Source: Eutreptiella sp. 'Long Island Sound 2002' (taxonomy: Eukaryota; Protista; Euglenida). From it: a stretch of DNA of 64,000 nt. The notes beneath the pieces were generated by a model, which was given only the letters and a program-made list of their open reading frames with translations, did not search any database and was not told the DNA's origin. Below, piece by piece: positions 59,390-64,000 of this stretch; within the stretch, counting starts at the first letter, position 1; each line of letters begins with the position of its first letter. A program made the translations under genes and the position numbers. The stretch is taken from positions 49,662,001-49,726,000 of the forward strand of contig OZ038378.1 in the NCBI GenBank assembly GCA_964036045.1. The letters are read 5' to 3'.

Positions 59390-61670
59390 TCAAAGGCGAG
59401 AAACTCACAAGAGGGGCACAGAAAAGCGCACCTCGGCAATGCAGGAAGGAGGGCAGCAAACAACAATGCACCCCAGCACAAGGCCAAACAACGCAAGGAA
59501 AAACAATGCAAGGCAAACTACAGCGCAGCACCACGCTAACCAGCAGGACGCAAAACGCGCCAGCAAAACATAACATAACGCAACACAGAACGCACAAGAC
59601 AACAGTGCAACCAACATGGCACAAAGGGTGCCAGACAGCACCAAGAGCAACCGCACGGGGGGAGGGGAGCAAGGGCGCCCGCGCGCAACAGCACAACACA
59701 GCAAAAATAGCGAAGGATACACCATACAAGGGCATACAAATCCGCAAAGGGCACCTAGGCGCCACACAGCACCAAACAAAACCACAAAGCACGCAACGGC
59801 GTACGACAGTACAACTCAGCCCAAACAGCACAACAAGATGCATCAGAGCACAGCGCTAGACAGCACAACGTACGCATGCTACCCCAGCACGGCACAATAC
59901 CACACATAACGCACAGCAAAACCGTGCAGCATATTCTGCAACAGCACGGCGCATGAGGAGACATCACAGCACCAAAGAAAACACTGAACCAAACAACACG
60001 ATACAACAGCAACCAACAAAACCAGCACGACAAGTACCACCACACACAACAGCAAGGTGCAAGTCGGCCAGGGTATCACAGCGCAGCACCACAGTGAACG
60101 CAAAACAAACCACACAACAGACCGCAGCACAAGCCAACAGGAAGCAGGTCACGGCACAACACCAAGACCAATAAGCTGGGGGGGGGGGGAGTGCGGATCA
60201 CCACTGCACAATGCAAGCAGTGATGTGTGCCAACAGCGGAACCAACAGATGAGGGGGGGGGGCAGCCAGGGCACAACGCAAATAGCAGAGCAAAGCATGT
60301 CACAAGGCCGCACAAAATAATACTACACAACGTGACAGGGCAAAGGACAATAGCAAAAAGAAAAGCACAGGAAAAACCAGCGCAAGACCGCATAAGACAC
60401 CACAAACAACGCACCGCAATGCGGCGCAGCACCCCGCTGAAGATCAACAAGGAAGAATGCCATCACAGCTTAGCGCAGCACCACACGCAAGGCGCGGCTG
60501 CACAAGGAAGCACCGCACCCAACGGCACGGCACAGGGATACACCGCAAAGCACCAAAGGCAACTGCGCACCAAACAATGATACACGACAGCAAGTGACGA
60601 AACCAGCAGCACAGCAAACCAATACACAAAACAGCAAGGCACAAGCCGGCTGGCACATCACAGCACAGGACCACATACAGCACCAAAAGGCTCACACAGT
60701 AGACCGCAGCACAATGCAAGAAGCAATACACCGAACAACAGTAGGACAAACAAGTTCCGGAGGGGGGGGGGGGGGGGCAGGGCGGAACAGCACCTAACAA
60801 CAGCAGCGCACAACACATCACAACACGGCACAAACTCATACGGCACACACGACACCGCAGGGCACGGCACCAAAGACAACAGCACAGCACAAACCAACGC
60901 AAGACGGCACCAAACACTTCAAACAGGACAACACAATGGGTTGCAGCACTACGCGAATAGCAAGACGCAAGCACGCAACCCAAGCGACGCACAGGGCCTC
61001 ACCCAACGCACAACAACACAACACGGTACAACACACCTTGACACAGGGCACCGCACAACACAAGAAACAGCACACACAGGGTAGGGAGTACGAAGGGATA
61101 CACAAGAACGTGAAGCTCGGAACAAAGCACGATTCAGCACCACACCAAACAAAATGGTCCACAACGCACAGCAGAGCACCGAAAGAAAGAGCGCAGCGAA
61201 CAACAACACACGACAGCAAGAGACGAAACCAGCATCGCAGCGCACCGCCGGAGGAAATAGCAAGTTGGAAGCATGCCAACGCAGCAAATTGAAGCGCAAC
61301 ATCACACAGAATCCAAATAAGACCACAAAACACAGCAGGGCAGCATACAACAAGACGCTTGACAACGCACCGGGCCAAGACCAAGAGACGGGGCGGCGTC
61401 CGGGGGGGGGGGGGGGGGGAGCAGGGTGCAGTAGCATCGCACAACGCAAGCAGCGCACCACAAATTGGCACAGTGCTGCTGTACTAAAGAACACGGTGCA
61501 CCGAGAGAAGCAAAAACAGGGCTCCGAAAAAAACAGCACGGCGCACAACAAATCAAAACACCAGAAAAAAACACACATAGCACAAAAAGACGGGGCGCGG
61601 CACTGCCGCGCAAAGCAGAAGGGAGGCACATTGCCCCAACACGGCATCATACGCAAAACATCACCATAAA
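59390..61670. repeat. 2.3-kb strand-asymmetric, A/C-rich cryptically simple sequence
   Basis: The plus strand is dominated by CACAAC/GCACAG/CAGCAC words with very little T. CACGACAGCAAG.GACGAAACCAGCA recurs at ~60583 and ~61208. The Cys/Val/Leu-rich minus-strand ORFs are a compositional by-product. Confidence 0.8.
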
Positions 61671-64000
61671 ACCTGAGTACTCTCCAGCCCTATTCACAAT
61701 TTTGGTGCCAGCTGCGCAGCCCTCGACGACACCACCCTACCGCGTGTTGTACTAACAGTGTAGGGCGTATGCGCGCTCCAGCGCACAGCACCAAGCTGGA
61801 GGGAGCCTGCTGCCCCCTAGTATCCGCTGTGAGGGCACAAAGGTACCTAGCCCCATCATGGGTATGCGGTATGCACAGGCCCCTCGCTGCCATGGTATGC
61901 GCTGTCCCTGCCGTGCGTACTGTTGTCTCCCCCTGCTGTCTTGGGACCCTCCACAAATGATTCCCCACGAACTGCGCCACTGCTAGGGCGGGGTTGGCTA
62001 ATATTTGTTGTATGTACCCTCTGTGGCCCTTACAACCTGCACACTTGGCTGCCTGCCATGCAGGCCCCGCACTGGATCCTCCTCAGCGGCGTGTCGAGGC
62101 CTTGGGAGAGAGTAACATTTGCCAATCACTGGGGACGTTGGCGAGGGGACCACCAGTTTTCCACGCTGCCCGCCGCCGATGCGGCGCCCTGGAGGCACGC
62201 CGTACGGGCGCTGGCAGCCTGTGAGAGGGGGAAGGGCAGAGCAAAACAGGTCGGGGGGTGGCGTGGGGCAGCTGGGGGGGTCGCACGGGGGCAGGCCGGG
62301 CAGGAGGCAGGGGAAGCCGGGCGGCGCAAGGTAGGTGCCATTGCTTCGGCACAGTGAGCACCGTAGCGGTGGTCTCTGGCCCGGACTCCGACTGCGGGCG
62401 GGGGAGCAGACGCTCAGGAGGCGGGGGCCTGTGGCCATAGGATCAGCGATCCCTAGAGATGACAACTGGTACTGCCTCGGACCCACATGGCCCTCAACTC
62501 CTTCTCAATCGCAGACGCCCCGGGCAGTCCACAGTGCCCCCCATGCACCGGGCTGCTCCCTGCCACCTCCCCTCGTGGCCCTGCTCGTTAGCACTTTGAG
62601 GCCACGCGACCCTGATGAAGCCCAAGCCTCCGGCGAAGGAAGATGGAAGAAATAAGCCGCGGCGGAGCCCCGCGGTTGGTGACTGAGACAGAAAACTTTT
62701 GACCTTATGGGATGTGTATGTATTCAGTAAAGTAGTTGTATAAGCAAAGAACCTCAGTATTGTATAATGTAAACCTCTGGTCAAAAGCCTGGAAGGGACC
62801 GAGGAGCAGGTAAACCCCCCAGATCCCCCGGAGGCAGCCCCAATGGTGAGCGTAGCACCGGAGGGAGCATGTCTGCGGGTTGACAATGCAGATAGTTACT
62901 AGCTCAATAAGTAGAGCATACTGCTGTAAGTAATGGTTGAAGGATTAAGCAGCTCCCCCGGCCAGGTCCAGTTAAGTGTGCCCCCCAGGGCTGAACTCTA
63001 CTGGCCGCGTTGAGGAGAGCCCGGAGTCTGTTTATGACGGGCGAGTGCTTAAGTGCTGGTGGTCATACTTCTTCGCTTCCCTGCGGGCTGCATCTGCCCA
63101 AGGGGGCCCCAAGCTCTGTATTGTTCTGGCATTCCATCCCGGCTGATCTTAGGGTTCTGGTTAAGAGGACTCACATTAAGTGCCCGCTACTTCTACCCCG
63201 GAGTTATGACGTGCGGTGCTGCCTGCCAACTTTGCCTGTTTGCTGCCTAGAAAAAACAGATAAGGGTTCAGGGCTACCCCATCATAGGAATCGGAGAGGC
63301 GGGGATTTAGTACACGGTTTTGGCCGGAGGACCCAGCCCGGGGCCTACTGTTGGAGCAGCCCGACAGCACAGCAGGTCGGGGCAACTGATCAGGGTGTGT
63401 CGCAGCAAGGGCTGCCAACTGGGTGAGGCCACACGACCCCCCAACTGGCGAGCCCGCGCCGCTACAGATAACAGCCTCCTGACCGCATCCCCCCGGCGCC
63501 AGCCACCACCTAGGAACGTGTCAAGTTCGCCAGATGTTCCTTTCTGTCGCACACGCTTGCCCCAGGCGCCAGAATGAAATAAAAAGATAAGAAAAAAACG
63601 ACCAAAAAATTTCTAAATAGCTGAAATTAAAGCTGATTGGCATACAAAACGCTCCTGTGAAAAAGCCCGCCGCGAAACGCCTAAAAACACGAAAGAAACA
63701 TTTTTCACCTTAAACAGACAAATAAATAGCAGTTTAAGTGCCGCAACGCCAATTGGAATATACCTTTGTCCCTCGTCGACTAAGACGCCGTAGACGCAAA
63801 GAAAACCGTGTTCGGGAGCAACGCGTAAAACTCGGAAAAGGTTTTCTAACATGCCACGCCCCTGCACTCGCTGCCTTTTGCCCTCTTTTATTCTCCATGT
63901 ACCTCGTCCTCCAACTCCTGCCCCACCCTCCATCCTTCTGCCTCCTTTTCCCTGCAGGCGGCAGTTACGGGGTAGCCAGTCCCAGACTCAAAATCCTCAA

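Noticed and set aside
59358-61669. Cys/Val/Leu-rich minus-strand ORFs as membrane or metal-binding proteins
   Set aside because: They arise from the TG-rich complement of the A/C-rich tract and are open in several frames at once.
62900-63060. Tyrosine recombinase-like stretch (INRLRALLNAA...HLTGPGRG) on the minus strand
   Set aside because: The HxxR catalytic motif and downstream H/W and Y residues cannot be recognised; the similarity is too weak.

Overview
This is eukaryotic, repeat-dense, heterochromatin-like DNA. I found no operons, rRNA genes, intact tRNAs or CRISPR arrays. Almost all ORFs in the track are artefacts of repeats or low-complexity sequence. Supportable content: (1) a decayed piggyBac transposase (3190-4547), preceded by what looks like an intron-containing accessory gene sharing repeated motifs with it; (2) a young macrosatellite of exactly eight ~1574-bp units (6561-19364), whose first and last units carry an extra 105-bp duplication, whose internal units alternate as an incipient dimer, and whose junction cuts a GCAATTTT-rich element; (3) one credible host exon (26191-26385) encoding a C2-like module of kinesin-3 type, followed by a short stem-forming candidate intron resembling euglenid nonconventional introns; (4) ~1.17-kb dispersed elements joined by telomere-like CCCTAA hexamers; (5) a decayed non-LTR reverse transcriptase (~36200-37050, minus); (6) a decayed MULE transposase (~47150-48900, minus); (7) a MITE-like family with TTACACG/ACCGCAAAA arms; (8) many mini- and microsatellites and dozens of poly-G/C tracts. 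A euglenid or euglenozoan origin is an inference only. I found no convincing new multi-gene system. The most promising leads are the piggyBac-associated cargo gene, the macrosatellite architecture and the possible nonconventional intron. All homology calls come from motif recognition by eye, not from database searches.
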